A stretch of DNA of 54,613 nt, counting the filler, from Jimgerdemannia flammicorona (taxonomy: Eukaryota): NCBI GenBank assembly GCA_003990765.1. It is 2 parts of 2 records of this genome, joined end to end, with 100 filler letters (N's around TTAATTAATTAA, not from the genome) between each part and the next. Parts side by side here need not be neighbours in the genome. Positions count along the whole stretch, not along the records: positions 1 to 27,268 come from RBNJ01000646.1; positions 27,369 to 54,613 come from RBNJ01000647.1. One strand, 5' to 3'. A program made the translations under genes and the position numbers. The notes below the pieces were generated by a model, which was not told the origin of the DNA, did not search any database, and worked only from the letters and a program-made list of their open reading frames with translations. Of this stretch, positions 24,272 to 36,905 are shown piece after piece; the stretch's first letter is position 1; each line of letters opens with the position of its first letter.

Positions 24272-26381
24272 ATGTCGACAGAGTACAAGAAGCTCACCCT
24301 GAAGAAGTATCCGCGCTTGCCGGGCCGCAAGACCCCCGAGGCGAGGTACTGGAGGAAGTTCAAGGTCAGTAGCTATCGACACTTCACCTGATGCACCTTG
24401 GAAGTACTCTGACCGTCCCACTTTACCTACCTACCTGTAGTCTCCCATCCTCATCAAAGAATACGCCTCCGTCACCGCCGTCCACTTCTCTCAAGCTGCC
24501 CCCTACGACTTTGCAGTCACCTCTTCTACGCGTGTTCAGATCTACTCGTCAAAGACGCACAGCGTGAAAAAGACAATCTCCCGTTTTAAGGATGTCGCCA
24601 GCAGCGGTTCCATCAGGGCTGACGGCAAACTCGTCGTGGCAGGCGACGCGACCGGATTGGTGCAGCTGTTTGATATTAACTCACGCGCGATTTTGAGAAC
24701 GATGAGAGGCCACACACAGTATGTTAATGCGCCAATTCTTCCTTCGAACCTGATGTTGAACCATTGAAGGATGGAACGCGTAGACTGACATTGCTCTATT
24801 ATCCATTCCGATAGCCCTGTGCACACAACCAAATTCTCGCCCAACAACACACACATACTCTCGACGTCTGACGACAAGACCGTACGGATATGGGACATCC
24901 CAACCGAGACTGCCGTTTCCGTATTTGCCAATCACGAAGTTCGTCCCTCTTTCTATTCGATCAAACACACCAACACCGTAAACACTCCCACCATTCAAGC
25001 TCAAATCCTCACCATGTATCCTCTCCCATTCTTTCACACAGGATTATGTACGCGCCGGCCTTGTCAGCACCGACAACCCGCACCTCGTCCTCTCCGGCTC
25101 CTACGACCAAACCGTCAAGCTCTGGGACCTCCGCTCCAACACCTGCGCCATGAACATGAACCACGGCGCGCCCATCGAGGACGTCTCCATGTTCCCCGGC
25201 GGCGGTGTTGTCGTCTCCGCCGGCGGGCCCACACTCAAGATCTGGGACCTCCTGAGCGGTGGAAGGCTCATGAACTCCCTATCCAACCACCAGAAGACCA
25301 TCACTAGCCTGTGTTTCGACGGGAGCTATTCGAGGCTGTTGACCGGGTCGTTGGATCAGCATGTCAAGGTTTATAACGTGCAGGATTATAAGGTTGTTCA
25401 TAGTGTGAAATATCCAGCACCTGTGCTCAGCGTCGCGTTGTCGGTGAGTGGTTGGAATCTCTTATGATTTTGCTCACCCCCCAACTCGGAGCCCGAAGTA
25501 GTGTGATCTGACTAGATCCATAACGTTTATATTTTACAGCCCGATGATACACATCTCGTGGCAGGTATGACGGGTGGGTTGCTGTCGATCCGGCAACGGC
25601 AAGTCCGCGCGACCGAGATTGCAACGCGGCAGGTGGAGGAGGATTACATTCAGGGCGGGACTTACAAATATTTCGTGCGAGGTCAAAATAACGTTGGGGC
25701 ACAGGTACGTTGCTGACTCTACTGCATTTGATGACAACACCCATATTACCCACCAACCTTCTTCTGTCTCTTCACAGGACGACTTCAAAGTCGAGTCGAA
25801 GCGCAAGAAGCGCTTGCAGAACTACGACCGTTTTCTCAGGGGTTTTCAATACGGCAACGCCCTTGATGTCGTCCTTCGCACCAACCAACCCGCCATCATC
25901 ACGGTCTCGCTCTTTCAGGAGTTGATTCATCGCGACGGCCTTCGCCAGGCGTTGTCGGGCCGCGACGATATCTCGTTGGAACCTATCGTTCAGTTCTTAG
26001 TCACGCATGTGAATAACCCTAAATATACCAATCTGTTGATCGATGTGGCAAACGTGGTGATTGGTATGTGTTATTTGATGTCTCGGTCTTCGTGCTGTTT
26101 TTTCGAAGATATTAACACTACCCTAATTACAACGTCATGCAGATATGTACTCCCCTGTACTTGGCCAATCCCAGTTCATCGATGAGCTCTTCCACCGGCT
26201 CTGCGACAAGGTGAAGCAGGAGATCAATTTCCAAAAGGAATTGGTGAAAGTCGTAGGCGCGCTGGAGATGGTGTTCGCCAAGTCAGGGGGTGGGGGCAGC
26301 GCCGCAGCAGCGGCGGCGGCGGTTGGGGGAAGCGTAATTGGGAGCCCGAATGTTGGAGTGGGACAGGCCGAGATAAGGTAA
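24272..26381 (+). CDS. UTP15: U3 snoRNA-associated protein 15 (WD40 repeats plus UTP15 C-terminal domain); multi-exon
   Basis: TPEARYWRKFK-SPILIKE...PYDFAVTSSTRVQIYS...ISRFKDVA.S..IRADGKLVVAGD, WD repeats (SGSYDQTVKLWD, NHQKTITSL) and C-terminal ELIHRDGLRQALSGRDD. Confidence 0.93.
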
Positions 26382-26790
26382 GGTGAGGAGAGGTTGGGAC
26401 ACCTGTGTTTGTAATATATTCACAAAATTGGGCGTGGGATATGTGAGTGGATGGGCTTGAGTCGGACATCGATAGACAGTATTGGACATTACTAGCCACT
26501 GCAAAGCCCGAGGATCTTTTGAGCGCATGTATTGAGTTTTTCACAACTCAATCTTTTTGAAGGGGCTGGTCCCTGAGTATTTCTTAGTGCTTGGTTTTTG
26601 CTGAAGAGTTGACTAAAATTTATTATACATTATCTAATAGAATGTTATATGAAGTAACAAATAAAACGTAAATAAAGGAGTAAAGAAATGGGAAATCGGA
26701 TGTGTCAGGTGACTCGACGAATTGTCAAAATTCCTAACGCGCTGCTTTCAACTCTCTCACGACCTTATTTGACATACCGTCTTCCGAAAC

Positions 26791-27209
26791 ATGCCTGGTC
26801 GTCTGGAAGGAAAGGTCGCCATTATCACCGGTGCCGGCAGGTTCGTTCACCAATCCCAAAACACCATTACTAGCGTCACATGTGTCAAGGACGCCTGAAT
26901 GGCCCACCACATTGGACTCTCTCTGCATTCCACTCGTGCTCACGCGTTCAAACTTTTTTCTCCCATGCTGCAACCTCCCGCCCTCCAGCGGCATAGGCTT
27001 TGAGTCCTCGGTATTATTTGCTAAGGAGGGCGCTCACATTATTGCCGCAGACATAAACGTCGACGCCGCCCAGGCCACCGTCGACAAGATCGCCACCCTG
27101 TTCGGCGCCGCGCACGACGACGGGAAACAGAGGGCCGTCGCGGTCAAGGCTGACGTGTCGAACGAGGAGCAGGTGAGGCAGTTGGTCGATCAGGCGGTGG
27201 AGAAATTTG
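26791..27209 (+). CDS. Short-chain dehydrogenase/reductase, 5' part only (truncated by assembly gap)
   Basis: MPGRLEGKVAIITGAG-SGIGFESSVLFAKEGA...KADVS contains the TGxxxGIG motif. Intron at 26841-26988. Confidence 0.88.
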
Positions 27210-27268
27210 GTAGGAGCTCTGTTGTGGCATGGGTGAACGGAGCGAAGCGGGCGATTTTTTTTTTTTTT

Positions 27269-27368
27269 NNNNNNNNNNNNNNNNNNNNNNNNNNNNNNNN
27301 NNNNNNNNNNNNTTAATTAATTAANNNNNNNNNNNNNNNNNNNNNNNNNNNNNNNNNNNNNNNNNNNN
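27269..27368. other. Assembly gap with artificial six-frame stop linker
   Basis: 100-nt N run containing TTAATTAATTAA at 27313-27324. Confidence 0.95.
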
Positions 27369-27379
27369 TTTTTTTGCCA

Positions 27380-28530
27380 ATAAGAAACAAAGTATGTACT
27401 TCATAAAACTCTACTAAACCTAGTGAACAGAGCTAATTAAATATGCCTCTCTATTCTCCCAATATTCTATAGAAATTCAAATACTGTTGCCAAACAAGGC
27501 ATGCCATCTCATCTCTAGACAATGGCTCCAGAATAATGCTTATAGAATTCTCTAATCATTATAAGCAACTGACATATAAGATCCTGAGACCTCTGCAAGT
27601 TTATTCCCTTTTAAGAAAAGTAGTCAAATACAAGTTTCTACTACTAAGAGCCTTATAGACAAAATAGATGAACTACTCAAGATTACTACTGTGAATCTTC
27701 AGAAAGCTCAATAGTATTAAGCTAAGTATGCTGATAAGAAATACTGTGATATCACTTACACTATTGAAGATCAAGTCCTATTGTCTACCAAGAACTTCAA
27801 AATACAATCTCAAGTCAACTGCCCTTTGAATAAGTTCCAACCCAAGTATATTAGACCTTTTGAGATTACCAAACAAGTCTCTATATCCTCCTACTGTCTC
27901 AAAATATCTGAAACCATGAGAGTATACCCAGTCTTTCATATGTCATACTTCAAGACCTGGAATTAGTCACTGCTCTACTCTGGTCAAATTTCTAAGCTAT
28001 CTGCTTCTGTAATTATTAAAGACTATATTAAGTATGAAGCTGAGAAAATTCTTAACAAATGAATTCATTATCACCTTTCTGAATATTTAGTCAAGTAGAT
28101 GAGCTACTCTGAATATGATGCTATCTGGGAACTACTGGTCAATCTCAAGAACTCTTAAGACCTAGTCTAAGACTTTAAGGTAAAATATATTGTCCAATCT
28201 CTATAGTGACTTTCTTGGATTATTGATGATATACAGTAATGATCAATGTCTTATATATTGGAAGTTTACTTTGGGACCCCAGAACTAGCAAAATATTTAA
28301 TGAATAAGAAGTCTATTGAAATAAAGCTACTAGCTGGGTTTGAACCCCTCCCAGTTGATTAGTCTGGTAATAGGCCCTCTGCCCTATATAATAATGGCCA
28401 ATTTCTACTAATATACTAATACAAGTTTGAGAAATTTTGATTAAGTATACATATCTAGTCTTGTGTTATCTAAGAACTTAATAAGGATATTAGTTCTTAA
28501 GAAAGAAGAGATGTAATAATTTCACAGTCA
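27380..28530 (+). mobile_element. Decayed chromoviral Ty3/gypsy 3' end (integrase C-terminus plus chromodomain)
   Basis: KFQPKYIRPFEI...YCLKI..TMRVYPVFHMSYFK (GPF/Y module), then YEAEKIL...EYLVK..Y..YDAIWE (chromodomain). A purine tract followed by TGTAAT lies near 28500-28517. Confidence 0.75.
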
Positions 28531-28537
28531 TATCTAG

Positions 28538-29903
28538 TATGATAAACCAAAATGTACCACCCAAATTATATCTTAACCAGATGATGCGAACAATTAGGCA
28601 AGATGACATAAACATACAGCATAGTAACCAGTAACCATTGCTGTAGAAAACTGTATAAATAGCCAGACATACCAGAAAGGGTCTGTTTACCTATACAGAC
28701 TCTGTATACCTGTTATAAGTAGCAGATCTATAGTTAGCCACATAGTAATCAGATATCAACCAACTTGTATAAATTACCCCAGAGACAAGAGTGAATAAAC
28801 CTCAGTCTGAAATACAAACACCAAAGAAGCCTCTACAGATTGAGCATTGATCCCCTTTCCACTCCAGTCTACTTTCTAATACAAAGAATGAGTTTGTTTT
28901 TAGTTTGCTTGCCAGATAAGCCTGAAGATTTGCCACCTAAGTTTAAGGAGAACTTTGCTGCCTTTTGAGTAACCTGCCACTTAAGGAATAAGCCGCCATT
29001 TCCAAGTAATCCTCCACCTTCTTAAGAAAGCTGCCTTGCTCAAGCCAGTTTCAGATGCAACTTTGCAGTGGAGCCAGTCTACAATATAACCCCATGCAAA
29101 CAAAGCCAGTCTTTGATATAACTTTGCCAAGAGACCCTTTCCCAAAGAATGCTACCAGTTGTTCATATTCCCAAAAGAGCCCAATCTGGAAGAACTCATG
29201 CCATCCAAGTTATTCCTAGTTGAAGCTGCCTTTTTCAAGAAGTCTGCTGATTCAGGAGAATCCACGTCTTCTGCCATTTTCAAGTTATCTGCCATATCCC
29301 TAGTTGAAGTCACCATTTTCAGGTTATCTGCATTCCCAGAAGAACCTGATCCATGCCATCTGAGTTATTATTCCCAGAAGCCTGCCAATTCAGGAAGAAT
29401 CTGCAATCTCCAAATTATTCATTGTTCCCAGTAAGCCTGAGTTATCAAGTTCTCCACTGCTAGTACAATTCCTAGTAAACCTGCACCCAAATTGAGTTAT
29501 CTACCATCACCCAGAAATTGCATACTTTTGAGATCACCACTGCCAAAGAAGGAAATCCTTAAATTGCCAGACCATTATATATAAGGAGATCATTGCACTG
29601 CACAAGAGATCGTCATGCCAGAAATCATATACTTTTGGAGATTGCATCACTATACAAAATTCTACCATTCCCAGTTGATCCAAGAAGGAAACCTATTCAT
29701 ACAAATCACTGCTACACCCAGAGAACAATCCCAATAAGGAAATCACTTGCAGATATCCAGTTTTGACTATTATAATGCTAAACACCAAGGACCTTAGGAA
29801 TCTTAGAACATTTTGTTGCTTTTTGACAAGTAACTGGGGGCTCAAGCCAAACTACATCAACCCCCAACCTTGTAATTTGCCTCCATTGAGCCGGCATATT
29901 ACA
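28538..29903 (+). repeat. 5' LTR
   Basis: Aligns with 37457-38866. Begins TATGATAAACC (a mutated TGTGACAAACC) and ends ATTACA. Confidence 0.9.
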
Positions 29904-29905
29904 TT

Positions 29906-29922
29906 TGTGGGCTCAACTGGGA
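29906..29922 (+). promoter_or_regulatory. Primer-binding site, tRNA-Pro-like
   Basis: TGTGGGCTCAACTGGGA here, and TGGGGGCTCAACTGGGA in the second copy (51743-51759, minus). Both resemble the tRNA-Pro PBS TGGGGGCTCG..CGGGA. Confidence 0.7.
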
Positions 29923-29938
29923 AGATTTCAAAATCGAC

Positions 29939-32350
29939 ATGACTTTTTAGCTCACAAGGACCTACAGTCAAACTAGATACATTTGATACAACACCAACCT
30001 CTGCCACTATAGGAGAACTAGTCATCACTAGCATTTGGATAGGAAGAGAAGTAATCACTTCAAGAATTGCCAACTATCCAGCATCAGAAGGATCTCAACC
30101 AGAAGTAGGAGACAGCACAGCCCGAAATCCCCAACCGGACCAACCAGACCAACAAGATCAACCAGATCAACTAGACAATACAGGCAGCCCAGCTAGAGAT
30201 TTTGAAGAACTCGTACAAGAACTAGAAGACCTTATCACATGGACCCAATACTTTACAGCCAGACACCCCACACCAGTCCCACCAATCTCACCAATAGAAC
30301 CCCTACCACAACCCCTTGCAGAACCAGAAGTAGCTCCTACAAGAATACCTAGACCTATTCCACCCCACTCAAGGACCAGAACCAGAACACCATCTTCAAG
30401 ATACCCAAGCACTGCTGTCTCTAGTGACAGTTCAGAAAGTGAATCAGAATCAGAATCTGAACTTAAACCAGAATCAGAAGAAAGTGATAATGAAATGGCC
30501 ACCTCATTGCCAACCTTTGCAGAATACTCAGAGTAAGATCCCAGAGAATTCCTTGATAGAATTGAAGGAATTGCAGCCTTGAGAAATCTCTCAGATGAAA
30601 GAAAAATCACCATCTATAAAGCTCAGCTCAGAGAACCAGCCAGAGGAATTTTCTATCAAACAGCAAATAACTGAGATTCAGAACTAGCAAGACAGATACA
30701 AGCAGCAATGTCTGATGAGCTAGAATATGAAGCCATGATCCACCAGCTCATTGAAAAATATGCAGGAAACAAAACCTGCTATAAGGCTCAGGAATCCATC
30801 ATAGGAATGAAGATGAATCTAGGAGAATCACCCAGAGCCTTCTTTACCAGAATCCAGAAGAGAATGCATTCTGCTGGGTTCAATGCCACCAACCAAGACA
30901 TCATAGGTCTAATGACTTTTATGAATGGAATTCCCCCAAATATTGCCCAGTATGTCCGCACCCTAGGCATCAGAAGGTCTGAAGAGCAAGTAGATGTGGC
31001 CCAAGGATTCTTTGATGTCAGGCAAGGAACTACCTAGAGTGATCATGATAAGAAGGAAGATAAAGAAGATATTCCGGTCAAAGCCCTGCAAGGACTCCTT
31101 CAAGGACAAGAAAGATCTGAAGAAAGAAGGCCAGCCAAGGAAGGAAAGAAGGATAGAAGCGAAATTCAAGACCTCAGCTCCAAGTTAGACTGATTGGTTG
31201 GACAAATTGAAAAACTCACCATATGTGAAAATCAGGACTATCAAAACAACAGAGGGTACCCACCACAGAGGAGCCAAGGTTATCCACCAAGAGATAACAG
31301 GAATTACCAGCAAAAAGAAAGAAGGTACCCTGTCTGAGACAGAGTCCAAGTCCAATGCTTCCACTGTGGACAATTCAGACACTATGCCACTGAATGTGAT
31401 AACAAAAGAAGTGACTGAAGGGACCCAGAACCAGCAAACCGAAGGAATGACACTCAGTACAAAAAGACTGAAGCCCATCCTATTGAAGATTTCGAGAAAG
31501 CAAGCAACAGTGAAGACTACAGTGATCTAGACTTATACCCTATCAAGATTACTACCTGAAAGACAGTCTACCCAGCAGAAAAGAGAAAGAGACCTGTAGG
31601 AAGGCCATCTAGGAATATCAGCAGAAGAATCATCCAAGAAGAAGATGAAGAACATGAGGAGGAACAAGTAGAAACACCTCCCCAAATCTCCTCACCTTTT
31701 GTTCCCAAGACAAATGAGTTGCTACCAGAGGATGAAGAAATGGAACAAGAAGAATGGAAATCTGTCACCCCAAAGCCCAAGAAGAAGTACACCCCAAAAA
31801 CCATGCCTAGAGACATCTACAATGAAGTCTGGCAGAAGATCCAAGAGGCCAAGATAGAAGTCCCTCTCCTGCAGTTCTTGCAACTGACACCAGCTGGGGT
31901 TCAAAACAAATTGCTGAGAACCACCAGGTCTAGCACTGGCTGAGTTCCAATCCCACAGCAAGAACCAGCCTCCATCCCTGTCCAAGCAGCTGAAAGACAT
32001 GTCAGCACCTACTTACATAGAGACATTGGAGGACAAAAACAAAAATCCTCATAGATACCAGAGCAGCTATCTGTGTTATTGCCAAATGATTCTTGGACAC
32101 CCTCCAATGGCCCATTGATGGACCATCCAACCTCAGCATCATAGTAGCAGATGGAGCCCAAACTCAACCCCTTGGAGAAGTATGAAATATCACCATCTCT
32201 CTTGGATACATTCAGTTCTCCATCTCTAAAGCTGTTGTCACTGAAGCTGTCACCTATGATATGATTCTTGGCACCAACTGGATGAAGGAAATGAATGCAG
32301 TTGTTGATATCGGCCAACAAGTACTCAAGTTTGATTACTGAGGCAAGAAG
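29939..32350 (+). pseudogene. gag (with CCHC knuckle) and aspartic protease of the gypsy element, disrupted
   Basis: QCFHCGQF..YATEC near 31350-31400. The protease motif reads LIDTGAAVCII in the second copy. Several in-frame stops. Confidence 0.8.
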
Positions 32351-33609
32351 TATAGAGTTAAGGTGACCAGCTATGAGCAATCAAAGAAGAAAAAGAAGGT
32401 CACTATTTAAGAAGAATATGCCAGCAGTGAGGAGTCTACAACAGAAGAGGAAGAAGAATCCGAAGATGGAAATGATCCCAGACTCAATCCCCGAATTAAC
32501 CTGGTGGATGACAGACTGAAAGACATTGTGTGGGCTAAGAACACCATCTCTATCACTATTGGGGCCATTGCAGGAGAAGCCAAAGGATGCCCTATCTGCC
32601 TCAAGAGACACAAGTGTTCTGAGCACTCCTCTAAGATCATGGAAACAAGGAAATTGCCTGGCACAGCCTGCCCAGAGTGCAAGCAATTTGGGGTCAAGAA
32701 TCATCTGAGGAAGAAAAAACATCAACCAAGAAGTTCCTGAACAAGAAGCACCTGATGAAGAAGAGATCCCTGAACTCATTCCCTGGGATGACCCTCACTG
32801 GACACCACCTGAAGACAATGACCCTTGGAATACAGAAGAAGGATCTAGTACAATCACCATTACCCCCAAGAAAGAAACCCACTAAGAGAAAGCCTTCCGG
32901 CTAGGAAGATGTCTACACCAAATGGTCTTCCACTCTCCCTGAGACTACTGCTATTAGTGTCATCTGTTGGACCAACAAGAAAGACAGAGACCTCAGAGAC
33001 CAGAACCCCCAACTACTCTTGCACAGTCTATCACCTTTCAAGAAGTTACCACAAAGTTACAAAGTCGATTTAGAGGACAAGGCCTCTTCACCCAAATGGA
33101 AATATACCCTTTGTCTACCCTTCCCCCAACCTATGACCAAGATGGGTACTGATTCCCAAGACAACAAGAGATAAATAGCTGGGAACATCATTTTGGACAA
33201 TGGGATATTGCAACCATGGGAGACATCCTGACTGCCAAGACTGCAGACACCAGAAGATTCACCTCAGTTATGATGTTACAGTACAAACTTTGAAGAAAGA
33301 AGATAACTGAAGCCAGATCTGAAAAAGCCAGATTTGAAAAAGCCAGACCAAGAAGCCTAGAAAAAGAATCCTCAAGATCTACGATTTGGGAGAAGACATC
33401 CTAGCCCTCATCAGACATGCAACCTACCAAGGATGAGCAGAAGATGCCACCAACTTCATAGAAGCGCTTGACCCTACAGGAAGGAGGGGAATCAACTACC
33501 TCCAAGACTCCTCTACTGGAGCCAGATGGCCACACCTCAACCTTAGAGCTTGGAGGCTTTCTGCTAGTGGAGCTTCAGCCTTAGAAAAGCCTGAACTTAG
33601 CAAGGATAT

Positions 33610-34020
33610 TGCCCAGCATGCCCTGCTGCACCCCAAGGCCAAACCCCCAATGAAAGCCCACCCCAAGGATGTAGGATATGATCTTCACAGCCTGGAGGTT
33701 GAATCTATTAAGCCTGGAAAAACCTTCATGGTCAGAACCAGACTAGCCATGCAGCCACCCCAAGGAGCTTATATCCAACTGACCTCAAGGTCTGGACTTG
33801 CCAGACAAGGAATGATAGTGGAAGGAGGAACCATTGACCCAGGATATACAGGCGAAATCAAGGTTATCTTACACAACAGCAGTGCAGAATGGTACCAAAT
33901 CATTAGAGGACAGAAGATTGCCCAAGCAGTCTTCATGAAGGTCAAGACTCCACAGTTACAGGACGTCTCTGAACTAACTGAAGGAACAAGACAAGCCAAG
34001 GGATTTGGAAGTTCAGACAG
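33610..34020 (+). CDS. dUTPase domain of pol
   Basis: Motifs DVGYDL, SRSGLA, GGTIDPGYTGEIKVILHN, GQKIAQAV and RQAKGFGSS. Confidence 0.93.
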
Positions 34021-34410
34021 GAAGGAGGTACATCTCCTTCAAGTCAACCACCTCAAGAAGAATATTCCCCAGCAAGTATACTGGCAACCAGTCAGACTGT
34101 ATAAGAATCTCATCCTGGAACCTGGAGAACAAACTACCTTCGAAATCTTTGCACCACCTGACCCCAGAAACCTTTTCTTTGAACCTAAGGAAGATATCTC
34201 ACACCTGGATATAGAGGGATACACATTCCCTGACAAGATGAACCCAGTACACTCCTGAGCAACCAACCAAAGTTGGGAGACCATCATCTTGCCAAAAGGA
34301 ATCATTATAGAATATCTGGTGCCTTTTCTCAACTGAACTTATAGGGAAGTTTATGAACTAAACCTATCAGGAAACAGCAAAAGGTTCCAGAAGAAAGGAA
34401 AGGCCCCTCT

Positions 34411-35841
34411 GTGACCCAGGAGACAGTGAAGCCTTCCACCAACATTGGAGAAGAATTGACACTTCAACAACAGCAACAACTAGTAGAACTTCTCAACAAA
34501 TATCAAGATATCTTCACTACTGAATATGGCAACCTGCCATACAACCCATCATATCACCACAGCATAAATACAGGAAGTACAACACCCATCTGGCAAAAAC
34601 CATATAGAATACCCCATCACTTGAAAATATTCAAAAAAGAGCACATTCAAGAACTCCTAGACAATGGAGTCATCCGACCCTCTACTAGCCCCTGGGCCAG
34701 CCCTATACTTATTGTACCAAAGAAAGGAGGATGGAGACTTTGTGTGAATTACAGGAAACTCAATTCAGTCACGGAGAAGGATGCTTATCCTTTGCCCAGA
34801 ATTGATGATCTTTTGGATCAATTACAGGATGCCAGATACTTCAGCAGTATGGACCTCTTTGCAGGATTCCATGAGATCCCCATGGACCCCAAGGACATTC
34901 AAAAGACAGTCTTCCTTGCTCTAGGAAAACTGTTTGAATACCTCCAAATGCCCTTTGGACTTTGCAATACACCCCCCACCTTCCAGAGGATGACGAATTC
35001 AGTTTATGCTCCTCTGATCCACCACTATCTGATTGTATATATGAATGATTCCAACATCTATTCAGCAAATTTCGAAGAACACCTGCACCATCTAGAGGAA
35101 TTCTTCAAGCTCACCTGTAAGAATTACTTGAGATTGAATAGAAAAAAATGCTATTTTGGGAAACAGAAACTTAAATTCCTGAGATTTATAGTTTCAAAAG
35201 AAGGAACCCATGCAGACCCAAAGAAAACCAAGAAGATCAACAATTGGCCAGTAACCAAAACCCCAAAGAAGATACTATCATTCCTGATGCTAGTATCCTA
35301 CTACAGAAGGTTTATCAAAGACTTTGCTCAAATCACCGCCCCAATCCAGATCCTTCTCAAGAAAGGAGTGCCATTCAAATGGACAGAATCACAAGAAAAA
35401 GCCTTCAAAGAACTCAAAAACTGCATGACTAGAGTACCAATCCTTATGCACCCCAATCTACAGAAGTCATTCATCTTATATATAGATGCTTCCAAAGATG
35501 GCCTAGGAGCAGTTCTAGCCCAAGAAGGACCTGACCAACAGCACTATGTGATAGCTTATGCAAGCAGAGCTACCAATCAGCAGCAAATGAACTATGGTAG
35601 CACCAAACTGGAATATCTTGCAGTCATATGGGTGGTCACTCTGTTCAAGCATTATCTCATTGGAAAAAAGTTCACTCTGATCACAGACCATGCAGCCCTC
35701 AAATGGCTATTCAATTACAAGGAACCCACTGGAATCCAAGCATGCTGGATCCTTATCCTTCAGGATTACAAAATCACTATCATCCACAAAGCAGGGAAAG
35801 CTCACAACAATGTTGATGTACTTTCCTGCCAGCCCCAATGA
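34411..35841 (+). pseudogene. Reverse transcriptase and RNase H (Ty3/gypsy); catalytic residues mutated
   Basis: SPWASPILIVPKK..WRLCVNYRKLN, YPLPRIDDLLD, MPFGLCN and YMND (from YxDD). RNase H motifs IDAS and LITDH. Confidence 0.93.
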
Positions 35842-35899
35842 ACCAGAAGAAGAGTGCCCCAAGGAACTACACTCTAAAGGAAGCTCCTGAGACAATCAA

Positions 35900-36905
35900 G
35901 GAACAAGAAGACCTCATCTGGCAAGAACATCAGAAAGCCCACCAAGGACAGATAAGCATAGAAGACAAGATTTGAAAACAATATCAACATTGGCCCCACC
36001 TCAGAACTCAAGTCCAGGACATCATTTGGAAATGTGACATCTGCCAGAAGTATCAAGGAAAGAAGAACTATCAAGCCCCTCTGTAACTGATTCCCCCACC
36101 CACTCACATCTTTCAAAGATGGGGAGTAGATGTAATTGAACCCCTACCAGTTACACCAAGAAGAAACAAATACATCTTTGTATTTGTGGAACATCTGACC
36201 AAGTGGCCTGAGGCTTTTCCAATGGAAATCACAGATGCCTTAACCATTGTAGGCCTCCTCTATAGACTCACACTCAGATATGGACCTTCAGAAGAACTCA
36301 TCTCTGACCGAGGCATGGAATTCATCAACAATATAATCACAAGTTATACCCGAATTCACAAGATCCACCTCAAAAGAACCACATCATATCACCCTCAGAC
36401 CAATAGCATGACAGAGAGAATGAACCAGACCATCAAGAAAGGACTTGCCTGAGTCAATCCTACTAATTGGGACCTCTGCTTACCTGAGATCCAATGGGAA
36501 ATTTGGAACACCCCTGCTGCATCCACCAAACAAAAGCCATTTGAAATGATGTTTGCTAAGAGAACCAGAACTGCTGACCATGAGAATCTCGGAGACCTCC
36601 TCAAGAAGACAGAACAGTTATATAATCAAGCCCAAGGACAGATTATCAAAGCCCAGAAAAGACAAAAGAAGTACTATAACCAAAAACAGAATAATCAGGA
36701 GATCAAGATTGGAGATCAAGTCCTAGTTTGGAGAAGCATGATTGAGACAAACTTTGCTGCCAAACTATAACTGAAATGGGAAGGACCTTATCTTGTACAC
36801 AACATCAGAGGAACCAGTATCTATTTAAGAAGCATGGATGGATGAATCCTGAGAACACCAGTATACATCAATCACCTCAAACTATATTTCCCCTCTATAC
36901 CATGA
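35900..36905 (+). pseudogene. Integrase (Ty3/gypsy), disrupted
   Basis: Zn-finger remnant CDICQ, WGVDV, LTKWPEA, LISDRG.EF, TSYHPQTN..TERMNQT and WEGPY. Ends TGA at 36903-36905. Confidence 0.88.

Noticed and set aside
29159..29434. 91-aa ORF repeated at 38132-38407
   Set aside because: It lies within the LTRs and derives from internal tandem repeats. There is no evidence it is coding.
36776..36901. N-terminal extension of the 213-aa ORF call
   Set aside because: It overlaps the integrase C-terminus in another frame. The ATG at 36902 is the more plausible start.
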